This document shows positions 10,795-20,283 of a stretch of 64,000 nt of DNA, piece by piece (the first letter of the stretch is position 1; every line of letters starts with the position of its first letter). The stretch is taken from the NCBI GenBank assembly GCA_963727445.1, contig CAVSGI010000011.1:32001-96000 (forward strand). Direction: 5' to 3'. Source of the stretch: an uncultured delta proteobacterium (GTDB taxonomy: Bacteria > Myxococcota_A > Polyangia > Polyangiales > B10-G4). The position numbers were made by a program, and so were the translations under genes. The notes under the pieces were generated by a model. That model saw only the letters and a list, made by a program, of their open reading frames with translations. It did not search any database and was not told where the DNA came from.

Positions 10795-13590
10795 TCAATC
10801 GAGCAGCCGGAGGCCGGGGGGAAGGCTTTCGCCGAAGATCCGGCGTTCTTCGGCTTCGTCGAGGTGCGTCACCTCCAGGACCATCCGGCGCCACGCCTCC
10901 GGCGCACCCGCATCGGAGAGGCGCTGTGCCACCTGCTCTCGAGCCGCTTCGCCCAGATCTCGCTGGCGATCGCCGCTCACGCGACAGAGCACGGCCGCCG
11001 CGAAGGCGGCCTGTTCTTCGGCCGCGAAGTCCGCGCCGAGCGCCGCGCCCAACCACCGCTCGGCGTCGGCCCGCGGCACCACGGTGTGTGCGCTTCCATA
11101 GAAGGGAACCCGCGCACCGAGCCGCCCGAGCGCCCACCAGCTCTGGGTGTTCTCGTCGTGCTCCAGCAGCCGCGTCATCAGCCAGTCGCCGATCTTCACC
11201 TTTCGCTCGGGCGAGACGCGCTCGAGGGAGCCGGCGAGGCGCACCATGTCGTCGTAGCCCGCCATCTTCGGGCCGGACGGACGCTTGCGGGGGCGCTTGG
11301 TGGGCGGATGCAGGTACCACTCGATCGCGGAGAGGATCTTCTCCTGCATCTCGGGGGCGAGCCCACCGGCGACGCGCCGCCACATGATCCACCACTCGGC
11401 CCAGTTCTGTGACTCCGGCACGTACTGGATCATCGCGTCCCAGAGCGACCAGAGCTCTTTCACGCGCCACTCGTCGAGGGGGTAGCCGAACCCCGGACGC
11501 AGCGTGTAGCCCGCGAGGTTGAGCCAGATGCGCTCGTGTGCGGCCGAGCGCCGGCGGCGCTTCACGTTCGCGAAGAGGGCACCGAAGAGCTCACGGAGCA
11601 AGGGCGTATCCCAGGTGTCGCGGCTGCCGATGATCTTCTCGAGGTTGTTCCGCAGCGTCTTCACCTCGCCCGGTTTCACGCCGTCGGTGCTCTTGCCGTA
11701 GATGCGCCGGACGAGATCGGTGGCTTCCTCGAAGCGCGGGTGAAGGCGCGTGACCTTCTGGGCGGCGACCTCCTTGGCGCTCGCCCCGCGCAACGCCATC
11801 TCCAGCTTCCAGCGCCGCTTCGGATCCGCTGCGTCCACGCAGCTCATCTCGAGCGTGCCGACCTCGGTGAGCGCGGTGATCACCTTCACCGGGATCTCCA
11901 CGTCCTTCTGAGAGGGATCGTCGCTCTCGAGCACCGCCGCCATGAGGGGCAGGTCGTGGTAACCCTCTCCGCCGATGTCCACGATGTCGCCCGGACGGTG
12001 ATGGCGGACGTCCTGGGAGGTCGCGACCAACGGGAAGCGCACCGGCTTGCCGAGCCTCAGGGACATGGCGCGCCGCTCGAGCTCGACGTCCTCGCCTTCT
12101 TCGGCGCCGCGCGGGAGCACGCACACGCCCTTGCGCGCGCCCTCTCCGTCGTCCGGCAGCACCAGGAAGTAGCTGCGCGCCGAGCCGCCACCGATGCGCA
12201 GGCCCATGCCCCGGCGCGCCAGGCCGTACGCCACCGCCCCACGCGCGACGGCGAGCTCGGGCGCGTCGTTCTCGAGGCGCTTCGGTGCATCGCCGCGCCA
12301 GTCGCCGAGGACCTCGATGAGGCGCTTCGCCAGGGCGTCGCCGCGGAAGACGCCGCCGTTCAAGAGCACGGCGTCCGGGACGGCCGGACCGTCCTCGGGG
12401 CCGATGCCCAAAGCGTCGCGCGCGAGCTCGTCGTGGTGAGCGAGGAAGGCGGCGACGTGACGGGTGATGCCCGCGTCGGCGACGTAGGGCAGGCCGAACT
12501 CGACGATGGCGCCGCGCCGCTTCTCGGGGCGCGCGCTCGCCTCCACCTTCGGGAAGAACCCGTCGAGCACCAGCTTCTCCACTTCCTCGCGACTGATGTC
12601 GGTGGAGCGCGCCCCGCCGATCAGCTTCGAGCCCGAGCCGAGGACCGTGATCTTCGTCGCGTCGGGCGCGCCCGCCGACAGCAGCTGCTCTTTCGCGGCG
12701 CGCGCCTGCTGGATGAGCTGACTGAAGCGGCTCGCCCCGAGCTGCGAGCCGCCGCCCACCCGCGGCTCGGCCACGCGCGCGAGGGCGAGGTCCATGTTGT
12801 CGCCGCCCAGCATGAGGTGATCGCCGACGGCGATGCGGGTCAGGCGGGGCCCGCTCTCACGCAGCTCGACCTTGATGAGCGTGAGGTCCGTGGTGCCGCC
12901 GCCCACGTCCACCACCACAGCGAGGTGCACGCCTTCGAGGGACTCTTCGAGGACGTCGCGATGGCGATCGAGCCACTGGTACATGGCGGCCTGCGGCTCC
13001 TCGACCAGGCGCACGCGATCGAGACCGGCCCGCTTCGCGGCGTCGAGGGTCAGCGCGCGGGCGCCCTCGTCGAAGGAAGCGGGGACCGTGAGCATGATCT
13101 CCTGCTTCGCGAGGGGGTGCTTCGGGTGGGCGTGCTCCCACGCGGCGGAGACGTGCCGGAGGTAGCTCGCGCTCGCCTCCACCGGCGAGACCTTCGGCAC
13201 CTCCTCGGGTGCACCCCAGGGCAGGATGTCGGCCGTGCGATCGACGCCGTCGTGGGAGAGCCAGCTCTTGGCGCTCGCCACCAGCCGCCCCGGCACCTTG
13301 GCGCCGAGCTCGAGGGCGAGCTGACCGACCACCGCCGGCTCCCCTTCGCCCTCGTGGCTCCACGGCAGCACCGTCTCCCCCGCCCCGAGCTGCCCCGCGG
13401 CGGGGTGGTAGCGAACCGAAGGCAGCATGTCCCGCGGCGCGATCTCCCCCGGCGCCACGAGCTGGTCGACGCGAAACGACTCGATCTGCGGCGCCTCCCC
13501 CTCCTCGAGAGTCACGGAGGTGTCGGCGCTCGCCACCACGGTGTGGGTCGTGCCGAGATCGATACCGACGATGTAGCGGGGCGCGGCCAT
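10795..13590 (-). CDS. Hsp70-family protein with DUF3731-like C-terminal extension
   Basis: VGIDLGTTHT, TVPASFDE, EEPQAA, DVGGGTTD, GGDNMD; C-terminal WLNLAGYTLRPGFG...WWIMWRRVAGGL...FGESLPPGL. Confidence 0.9.
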   Translation of the reverse strand: MAAPRYIVGIDLGTTHTVVASADTSVTLEEGEAPQIESFRVDQLVAPGEIAPRDMLPSVRYHPAAGQLGAGETVLPWSHEGEGEPAVVGQLALELGAKVPGRLVASAKSWLSHDGVDRTADILPWGAPEEVPKVSPVEASASYLRHVSAAWEHAHPKHPLAKQEIMLTVPASFDEGARALTLDAAKRAGLDRVRLVEEPQAAMYQWLDRHRDVLEESLEGVHLAVVVDVGGGTTDLTLIKVELRESGPRLTRIAVGDHLMLGGDNMDLALARVAEPRVGGGSQLGASRFSQLIQQARAAKEQLLSAGAPDATKITVLGSGSKLIGGARSTDISREEVEKLVLDGFFPKVEASARPEKRRGAIVEFGLPYVADAGITRHVAAFLAHHDELARDALGIGPEDGPAVPDAVLLNGGVFRGDALAKRLIEVLGDWRGDAPKRLENDAPELAVARGAVAYGLARRGMGLRIGGGSARSYFLVLPDDGEGARKGVCVLPRGAEEGEDVELERRAMSLRLGKPVRFPLVATSQDVRHHRPGDIVDIGGEGYHDLPLMAAVLESDDPSQKDVEIPVKVITALTEVGTLEMSCVDAADPKRRWKLEMALRGASAKEVAAQKVTRLHPRFEEATDLVRRIYGKSTDGVKPGEVKTLRNNLEKIIGSRDTWDTPLLRELFGALFANVKRRRRSAAHERIWLNLAGYTLRPGFGYPLDEWRVKELWSLWDAMIQYVPESQNWAEWWIMWRRVAGGLAPEMQEKILSAIEWYLHPPTKRPRKRPSGPKMAGYDDMVRLAGSLERVSPERKVKIGDWLMTRLLEHDENTQSWWALGRLGARVPFYGSAHTVVPRADAERWLGAALGADFAAEEQAAFAAAVLCRVSGDRQRDLGEAAREQVAQRLSDAGAPEAWRRMVLEVTHLDEAEERRIFGESLPPGLRLLD

Positions 13591-13611
13591 CTCGGGCCCC
13601 TATAGCACTGC

Positions 13612-15423
13612 TCAGGCGCCGCCCAAGTCCGTCGCGTCGCCGAAGGCGTAGACCGAGCCGTCCTCGGCGACGAGCCAGTAGCCGTCACCGCTGGCGGTGG
13701 GCTCGATGTGGATCACGTCGCTCGGCAAGGACATGGCCGAGGCGTCGCCGAGGTCGCTGGCGCAGCCGTATGCGAAGACCTGACCGCTCTCGGTCACGAC
13801 CCAGTAGCCGCTGCACGAGGGATGGCTCGCGATGTGGCTGCATCCCGAGGTGGTGCCGGAGCTGCTCGGCATCCCGTGAACGGGCAGGACCATGCCGCGC
13901 TTGGGCGTCGCGTAGACCGTGCAGTCGCTCCCCACCATCCACGCGCCGCGGTGGACGCTGGTCTGCTCGGCGGCGATGCCGAGGATCTCCACGCCGGCGC
14001 TCAGCGTGACGCCGCGGTCGACGAGGTCGTCGAGCTCGTCGGCGTCGAAGGCGCGGCTGTCACCGACGAGGTTGACGATCCAATAGCCGCTCCCGTCGGG
14101 GTCGGCGACCATGTCCGAGGCGAGGCCGAGCCCGCCCGTGCCGTGCAGGGTCGCGTCGCCGTAGGTGAAGACACGCGAGGTGATGCCGAGGGCGTAGAAG
14201 CCGTAGCCCGAGGGGTCGGCCTCGACCGCTTCGGCGCGGCCGTCGGGTGCGCCGGTGGGCCCCATGCAACAGCGCGCATCGCCGAAGGGCACGAGGGTGC
14301 CGCCGCGGCCGTAGATCCAGTAGCCGTTGCCGCTCGGGGTGCGCGCCATTCCGATGGCGTCGGAGAGCGAGGTGGCGCAGGAGCGCTCCGGACAGCACGC
14401 GATCTCCGTGCGGGTGCAGTCGCGCGTCTCGGTGGTCATCTCCATGGTGCAGGCCAGGTCCACGCAGCGCGGGGTCGTCACCACGCGGCTCTGGGTGCCG
14501 CTGTCGTCGCAGCTCTCGGTGAAGCCTTCGCATGCGGACCAGGGATCGCTCGCCACCGCGCCGCAATCGGCATCCGTCCGGCAGGCGTCACAGACCTGCA
14601 TGCCTTCGTTGCAGTAGCGCTCACACGGGGCGTCCACGTGCCGCGAGCACATGCCGTCCGGGCCGCAGGTGTCGGTGCCGTTGCACCAGAATCCGTCGCT
14701 GCAGGGCTGGCTCGTGCAGTCGACGCGGTCCTCGCAGTCGGTCATGCCGTCACAGTCCTCGTCCACACCGTCGTTGCAGTCGGTTTCTGCCGTCGCGCAC
14801 GCGTCAGCGCAGCCTCGGACCAGGTCGCAGACCTGTCCCGACGGGCAGGCCGAGTCCGAGCTGATCGCGAAGCAGCTCCCCTCCCGACAGACGTTTTGCG
14901 CGCAGCTCACCACCGCAGCCGCGGCGCAGTCGCTGTCGCTCGCACAAGTCGCATCGCCGCAGTCCAGGGGCTGCTCGGGAGCGCACGTCGAACCCACGCA
15001 AACGCCGCCCTCGCACTGATCGGAGCCCGGGCACGACACACCGGCGCAAGCGTGGCTGATCACCACCGTGACCTCGTAGGGGTCGTCGAGCTCGATGGAG
15101 ACGACGCGCGAGCCGATGATCGCGTCGCTCGGCGAGATCAGTCGGACGCGCACGTAAGCGGGACCACGGGGCAGCCCGAAGAGCTCGGCGACCCGGATCC
15201 CGCCGATGGCGTCCTCGTCCACCATCGCCGTGCGTCGCTCGTGCTCGCCGCCGTCCATTTCATCGGTGAGTGGCGTGACGCTGAAGTCGGTCTCGATGAC
15301 GTTGAAGTCCCGCCCTGGGGTGTAGTCGGTGCGCAGATTCACCCGGAGACTGGAAGGCGAGTCCTTCCCGCAAGACGAGACCACCATGGCCACCAAGACC
15401 AAGCACACCCTCCTTCGCATCAC
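13612..15423 (-). CDS. Cys-rich lipoprotein with C-terminal GYW-repeat putative beta-propeller
   Basis: VSSC lipobox; CNDGVDEDCDG and CSDGFWCNG modules; six repeats like TPSGNGYWxxxxxGxVxxFGDA. Confidence 0.8.
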   Translation of the reverse strand: MMRRRVCLVLVAMVVSSCGKDSPSSLRVNLRTDYTPGRDFNVIETDFSVTPLTDEMDGGEHERRTAMVDEDAIGGIRVAELFGLPRGPAYVRVRLISPSDAIIGSRVVSIELDDPYEVTVVISHACAGVSCPGSDQCEGGVCVGSTCAPEQPLDCGDATCASDSDCAAAAVVSCAQNVCREGSCFAISSDSACPSGQVCDLVRGCADACATAETDCNDGVDEDCDGMTDCEDRVDCTSQPCSDGFWCNGTDTCGPDGMCSRHVDAPCERYCNEGMQVCDACRTDADCGAVASDPWSACEGFTESCDDSGTQSRVVTTPRCVDLACTMEMTTETRDCTRTEIACCPERSCATSLSDAIGMARTPSGNGYWIYGRGGTLVPFGDARCCMGPTGAPDGRAEAVEADPSGYGFYALGITSRVFTYGDATLHGTGGLGLASDMVADPDGSGYWIVNLVGDSRAFDADELDDLVDRGVTLSAGVEILGIAAEQTSVHRGAWMVGSDCTVYATPKRGMVLPVHGMPSSSGTTSGCSHIASHPSCSGYWVVTESGQVFAYGCASDLGDASAMSLPSDVIHIEPTASGDGYWLVAEDGSVYAFGDATDLGGA

Positions 15424-15502
15424 CGTGACGCTAACATTTTCCGGGCAGAGCGGTCGTGCAAAACGACCCTGTAGTGGCCTTTGGAGAATGTAGGCTCATC
15501 GC

Positions 15503-16114
15503 ATGATGAAGATTCGCATCTCGACATTCGCTCTCCTGTGCCTCTCGGCCTTTTCGGCGTGCGGCGACGACGGGTCTCCTGGCGATTCCAGTGTCACTGT
15601 CGACAGCGCCGCTGGCGACTCGGCGAGCGGCGACTCGGCGAGCGGTGACTCGGCGAGCGGTGATGGCGCGACCAGCGATGGTGGCGGCGACGCGGCGGCC
15701 GGCTGCATCAGCGGCGGCTGCCCCTCCGGCCAGATGTGTTGCACCGGCGTCCCCTACCCGGCGGAGGGGCAATGCGCGGAGATGTGCAACCTTCGCTGTG
15801 ACCGGAACGCGAAGGAGAACTTCGAGACCATCGACGAAGACGCGATCCTCACCGCTCTCACCTCGCTGCCGATCAGCGAGTGGAGCTACCGCGACGAGGG
15901 CGGGGACGTGCGTCACGTCGGACCGATGGCCCAGGACTTCCACCAGCGCTTCGGCGTGGGCGCCGACGACCGGGTGATCCATCCCGTCGACGCGACTGGC
16001 GTGACCATCGCCGCGATCCAGGCCCTGACGCGGCGCGTCGACGCGCTCGAGCGCGACAACGCCGCCCTGCGCGAACATGCGCTCTCGCTCGAGGAGCAGA
16101 TTCGCGGGCGCTGA
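15503..16114 (+). CDS. lipoprotein with Peptidase_S74 (intramolecular chaperone) domain
   Basis: FSAC lipobox, (GDSAS)x3 repeat, Cys-rich mini-domain, CDRNAKENF...LPISEWSY...HVGPMAQDF...FG...AIQAL, coiled-coil end. Confidence 0.85.
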   Translation: MMKIRISTFALLCLSAFSACGDDGSPGDSSVTVDSAAGDSASGDSASGDSASGDGATSDGGGDAAAGCISGGCPSGQMCCTGVPYPAEGQCAEMCNLRCDRNAKENFETIDEDAILTALTSLPISEWSYRDEGGDVRHVGPMAQDFHQRFGVGADDRVIHPVDATGVTIAAIQALTRRVDALERDNAALREHALSLEEQIRGR

Positions 16115-16128
16115 CGCGGCATTGGGGT

Positions 16129-18804
16129 ATGGTGCCTCGCGTCGTGGCCGACACCGAGCCGTCACCGATCGGACATGGAGAGTGGATCGTTCGGGGGGCG
16201 ATCGGTGGATGGTTCGCCGGCGCTGGCGCGGGGCTCATCGACGGAATCGTCAGCTGGGGATCCTCTGCGCAGTTCGTCCCGGGCTTCGGCGCGCGGCTCC
16301 TCTTCCTGCTCCATCAGCTCTCGAGCTCGGGCTTCGTTGGTGCCGTCGCGGGCGCCGGGCTCACCGCGCTCTTGGTGGTGCTCGGCGGCACGCGGTTGGG
16401 CGAGCTGTGGCGCGCGCTCCTCGATCCCTCCCGGCGTCTGAGCGCGCTCGCCCTGCTGCTTGTCGCCCCGATGGTGATCGCGGTGGCTGGTCGGCTCGCC
16501 TTCGACACCGCGATGGAGGGCCTCGCCACGCGTCGTCACGTCGGACTGCAGCTCGGCCTCTCCATGCTGCTCGGGGCGGGTGCGCTCCTCGCGGTGATCG
16601 CGTCGACGGTGCTCCTGGCCCTCCCCGTCGAAAGGCTCCTCGCTCTGCTCTGCCGAAGGAGCCCGCGGCTGAACCGCGCGATTCACGGCCGCGCGATGCT
16701 CGCCATCGTCGCCGCCGCCCTCGCTTCGATCGGCGCGGTCGCCGGCGTCGTCTACTTCAGAGATCTCCTCGTCGTGCTGCCGCTCCGCGGGCTCTGGGTG
16801 GCCCTCGGCGCGCTGGTGCTCGCGTTCCCGGGGCTCGCCGCGGGACGCATCTGCGCGCGCGCGCTGTGGCGCAGGAACCTCGGGATACGTGCGGGGGTGA
16901 TCGTCGTGCTCTTCGCCGGCAGCGTCGGGACCGCGCTGGCGACGGGCAGCGTGCAGTCGGTTCGCCAGGCGGTGATCACCTTCACCGGTCTGGGCGGCAC
17001 CTTCATCGAGGGCTACCGCGGGCTCGTCGACTTCGACGGCGACGGCTACAGCAGCATCCTGGGCGGGGGCGACTGCGACGACTTCGATCGTACGGCGCAT
17101 CCGGGAGGGACCGAGATCCCCGGCGATGGGATCGATCAGAACTGCATCGGCGGAGACGCGGTCCTCGATCGAGACCCGGACGAGGTCCGCTTCGCCCACG
17201 TGCCAGCCGCCCTCCCGAACCGGACCAACGTGGTGCTCATCACCATCGACACGGTGCGCGCCGATCACTTCGGGATGTATGGGTACGAGCGGAACACCAC
17301 CCCGCGCATGGACGCGCTCGCCGAGGATTCGATCGTCTTCGACAACGCCTGGGCGCACGCGCCGTCCACTCGCTACTCCATGCCTGCGATCCTCACCGGC
17401 CGTTATCCCCTCAACGTCTACTACGACCGTTCGGTGCGGCCCTGGCCGGGCATCGAGCGGCGCGCGACCACCATCGGGGAGATCATGAAGCGCCGCGGCT
17501 TCAGCACCGCGGCCTTCACCAACCACTGGTACTTCTCGGCCCAACGCCGGATGGATCAGGGCTTCGACGTCTACGACAACGCGAACTCCCGTCTGCACCG
17601 GCAAGACCCACGGCGCGGGCCGGCCACGAGCCACGGCTCGTCATCGGAGGAGCAGACGGACGCCGCGCTTCGCTTCCTGGAAGGTGTAGGAGACCGTCGC
17701 TTCTTCCTGTGGGTGCACTACTACGACCCGCATCACGAGTACGAATCGCACGAGGGCTTCGAATCCTTCGGCGACGAGCCGATGGACGTCTACGACCAGG
17801 AGATCCTCTTCACGGATCACCACATCGGTCGCCTCCTCGCCGATTTGAAGGAGCGCGGCCTCTACGACGACTCGATCATCGTGCTCACCGGCGACCACGG
17901 GGAGGGCTTCGGCGAGCACGGCGTCGACTTCCACGGCTATCACCTCTACGCGGCGCAGACCAAGGTGCCGCTCCTGATCAAGATCCCCGGCATCGAGCCG
18001 CGCCACGTGATCACCGCCGCGGGTCACGTGGACATTCTGCCCACACTCGCGAACCTGGTCGGCGCGCAGCCCACCGCGGAGATGATGGGGCGGTCGTTGG
18101 TCGGGCTCGCGATCGGCGAGGAAGAGGAGGACCCGAACCGCTACGTCTTCCAGCAGGTGGCGTGGACCGGTCACGACATTCGAGGCGCCGCCAGTGCGCA
18201 TTGTCACGTCATCCACAACATCCGCCCACACAGCAGCTGGGAGCTCTACCGCGTCGACCGTGACCCGGACGAGTTGCACGACATCATCGACGACCCGGGG
18301 CGCTGCGCCGATGCCAAGCCCGTGCTGGAAGCGTTCCTCGACTGGTCGGAGCTCTCGTCCGACGACGAGGGCGCAGTCGAGGTGCTCGACCGTGAGCCCG
18401 AGGTGCAACGTCGCGTCGACGTGGAGGTGGGCGACGAGCTCACGCTGGTGGGGCTCGATCTGCCCGAGGAGCCGGTCCGGCACGGCCGGCGAATGCAGAT
18501 CACCTGGACCTGGCGGGTCCGCGGGCCAATGGATGCGGGGTGGCGGGTCTTCGCGCACGTCCGCGGCGGGGAGCACGGGCGATTCCTCGCCGACCACGAT
18601 CCGCCGCGTGCCTTCGAGACGTGGCCCGAGGAGCGCTGGATTCGCTACACCACCACCGTGAGCGTGCCCTACTCGGCGGCGGCGGGTGAGTACGTGATCC
18701 ACTTCGGCGTCTATCGCGGCCGCGTGCGCAAGCCTCTCACGAGCGATCGCGTGGAGATCGAGGATCGCGACGAGGCGAAGGTCGGGACGATCGTGGTGCG
18801 CTGA
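16129..18804 (+). CDS. multi-pass membrane sulfatase/alkaline-phosphatase-superfamily protein
   Basis: About 8 N-terminal TM segments, DFDGDG..DCDD..HPG..DGIDQNC motif, NVVLITIDTVRADH, HYYDPH, GDHGEGF, KVPLLI, C-terminal Ig-like domain; ATG at 16129 just after the upstream stop. Confidence 0.85.
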   Translation: MVPRVVADTEPSPIGHGEWIVRGAIGGWFAGAGAGLIDGIVSWGSSAQFVPGFGARLLFLLHQLSSSGFVGAVAGAGLTALLVVLGGTRLGELWRALLDPSRRLSALALLLVAPMVIAVAGRLAFDTAMEGLATRRHVGLQLGLSMLLGAGALLAVIASTVLLALPVERLLALLCRRSPRLNRAIHGRAMLAIVAAALASIGAVAGVVYFRDLLVVLPLRGLWVALGALVLAFPGLAAGRICARALWRRNLGIRAGVIVVLFAGSVGTALATGSVQSVRQAVITFTGLGGTFIEGYRGLVDFDGDGYSSILGGGDCDDFDRTAHPGGTEIPGDGIDQNCIGGDAVLDRDPDEVRFAHVPAALPNRTNVVLITIDTVRADHFGMYGYERNTTPRMDALAEDSIVFDNAWAHAPSTRYSMPAILTGRYPLNVYYDRSVRPWPGIERRATTIGEIMKRRGFSTAAFTNHWYFSAQRRMDQGFDVYDNANSRLHRQDPRRGPATSHGSSSEEQTDAALRFLEGVGDRRFFLWVHYYDPHHEYESHEGFESFGDEPMDVYDQEILFTDHHIGRLLADLKERGLYDDSIIVLTGDHGEGFGEHGVDFHGYHLYAAQTKVPLLIKIPGIEPRHVITAAGHVDILPTLANLVGAQPTAEMMGRSLVGLAIGEEEEDPNRYVFQQVAWTGHDIRGAASAHCHVIHNIRPHSSWELYRVDRDPDELHDIIDDPGRCADAKPVLEAFLDWSELSSDDEGAVEVLDREPEVQRRVDVEVGDELTLVGLDLPEEPVRHGRRMQITWTWRVRGPMDAGWRVFAHVRGGEHGRFLADHDPPRAFETWPEERWIRYTTTVSVPYSAAAGEYVIHFGVYRGRVRKPLTSDRVEIEDRDEAKVGTIVVR

Positions 18805-18833
18805 GGTTGCGCCTCGGCGAGCGCGTCCCGCTG

Positions 18834-19571
18834 TCAGGCCGCATTCACCAGGTGGATCAGCGCCTCGACGTTGCCCTTCGGTCCGTGCACGGGGCAGTCG
18901 ATGCGACCGCGCACGTCGAAGCCCAGCGCCTCTGCGGACTTCTCGACGTCGCGGATCGCCTGCGCGCGGAGCTCCGGGTCGCGGACGACGCCGCCCTTGC
19001 CGACCTTGCCCTTGCCCACTTCGAACTGTGGCTTGACCAGCGCGACGATGGTCCCACTGGGCGCGAGGAGCGCCTTGGCGGCGGGGAGCAGCTTGTCGAG
19101 GCCGATGAAGGAGGCGTCGATGACCACCATGTCGACCGGCTCGGGCAGGTCGCCGGGTTTCAGATGGCGGGCATTCGTCCGCTCCATCACCACCACGCGT
19201 GGATCGTTGCGCAGCGTGTGGTGGAGCTGGCCATAGCCGACGTCGATGGCGTAGACGCGGGTCGCGCCCCGGCTCAGGACGCAGTCTGTGAAGCCACCGG
19301 TGCTGGCGCCGAAGTCCGCCACGACCCATCCCTTCGGGTCGACCGCGAAGGCGTCGAGGCCAGCCTCGAGCTTGAGCCCGCCGCGAGAAACGTAAGGCAG
19401 GTCCTCGCCCCGGACCTCGAGCGCCGCGTCCTCGGCCAGCTGTGTCCCCGCCTTCTCCACGCGGGTCTCGCCCGAGAAGACGCGGCCGGCGAGGATCAGC
19501 GCCCGCGCCCGCTCGCGGCTCGGCGAGAGCCCCCTCTCGGCCAGGAGGAGATCGGCTCGTTTCTTGGCCAT
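18834..19571 (-). CDS. tlyA: TlyA family rRNA 2'-O-methyltransferase
   Basis: S4 domain, YVSRGGLKL, DFGASTGGFTD, DVGYGQL, LVKPQFE, GPKGNVE. Confidence 0.95.
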   Translation of the reverse strand: MAKKRADLLLAERGLSPSRERARALILAGRVFSGETRVEKAGTQLAEDAALEVRGEDLPYVSRGGLKLEAGLDAFAVDPKGWVVADFGASTGGFTDCVLSRGATRVYAIDVGYGQLHHTLRNDPRVVVMERTNARHLKPGDLPEPVDMVVIDASFIGLDKLLPAAKALLAPSGTIVALVKPQFEVGKGKVGKGGVVRDPELRAQAIRDVEKSAEALGFDVRGRIDCPVHGPKGNVEALIHLVNAA

Positions 19572-19712
19572 CGGGTCGAGAATAGCTGCATTTTCGGCCC
19601 TGTCAGTCGAGCACCCACCAGACCGTCCTTCCGCTGTGGCCCAAAGCCGACGCTTGGGCTACATCACGCCCCGCCAAGCCCCGAACGGCATACGAACAGG
19701 AGAGAACGGAAC

Positions 19713-20207
19713 ATGGCAGAAGGTCTCAACAAGGTCATCCTCATCGGCAATCTCGGGATGGATCCCGAGCTCCGATTCACCCAGAACGGTCAGGCGATCC
19801 TGCGCATGCGCCTGGCGACCACCGAGTCCTACGTCGACCGCAACAAGGAGCGCCAGGAGCGCACCGAGTGGCACACGGTCATCGTCTGGGGCAACCGCGG
19901 CGAGGCGCTGAACAAGATCCTCAGCAAGGGCCGGAGCATCTGCGTCGAGGGACGCATCCAGACCCGCCAGTGGGAAGACAAGGACAACAACAAGCGCTCG
20001 ACGACCGAGATCGTCGCGACGAACATCGTGCTCCTCGGCGGCGGTCGCGGCGGTGGCGGCGGCGGTGGGGGTGGTGACTACGGCGGCGGCGGTGGCGGCG
20101 GCTACGGCGGTGGCGGCGGTGGCGGCGGTGGCGGCGGCGGTGGCGGCGGCGGCGGCGGCGGCGGCGACTACCCGGACGACTTCGGCGACGACGACATTCC
20201 GTTCTAG
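19713..20207 (+). CDS. ssb: single-stranded DNA-binding protein
   Basis: LNKVILIGNLGMDPELR, TEWH, VEGRIQTRQW, poly-Gly tail, terminal DDDIPF. Confidence 0.97.
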   Translation: MAEGLNKVILIGNLGMDPELRFTQNGQAILRMRLATTESYVDRNKERQERTEWHTVIVWGNRGEALNKILSKGRSICVEGRIQTRQWEDKDNNKRSTTEIVATNIVLLGGGRGGGGGGGGGDYGGGGGGGYGGGGGGGGGGGGGGGGGGGGDYPDDFGDDDIPF

Positions 20208-20283
20208 CGGGGTGCCCGCACGCAGGGACCTTTGATCCACGTGCCCCCCTTTTGGCACCATGTGGTGTCTGGGGGGGTCACGC

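Noticed and set aside
11536..13605. Long antisense or alternate-frame ORFs (for example 11536-13605 +, 22360-24819 -, 28729-30555 +, 57199-59685 +)
   Set aside because: Shadow ORFs expected in very GC-rich DNA; they overlap well-supported genes and have no recognisable motifs
15503..16114. Prophage, suggested by the tail-fibre chaperone domain
   Set aside because: No other phage genes, and the protein has a lipoprotein signal
20036..20166. GGC/GGT trinucleotide run
   Set aside because: Ordinary Gly-rich SSB linker
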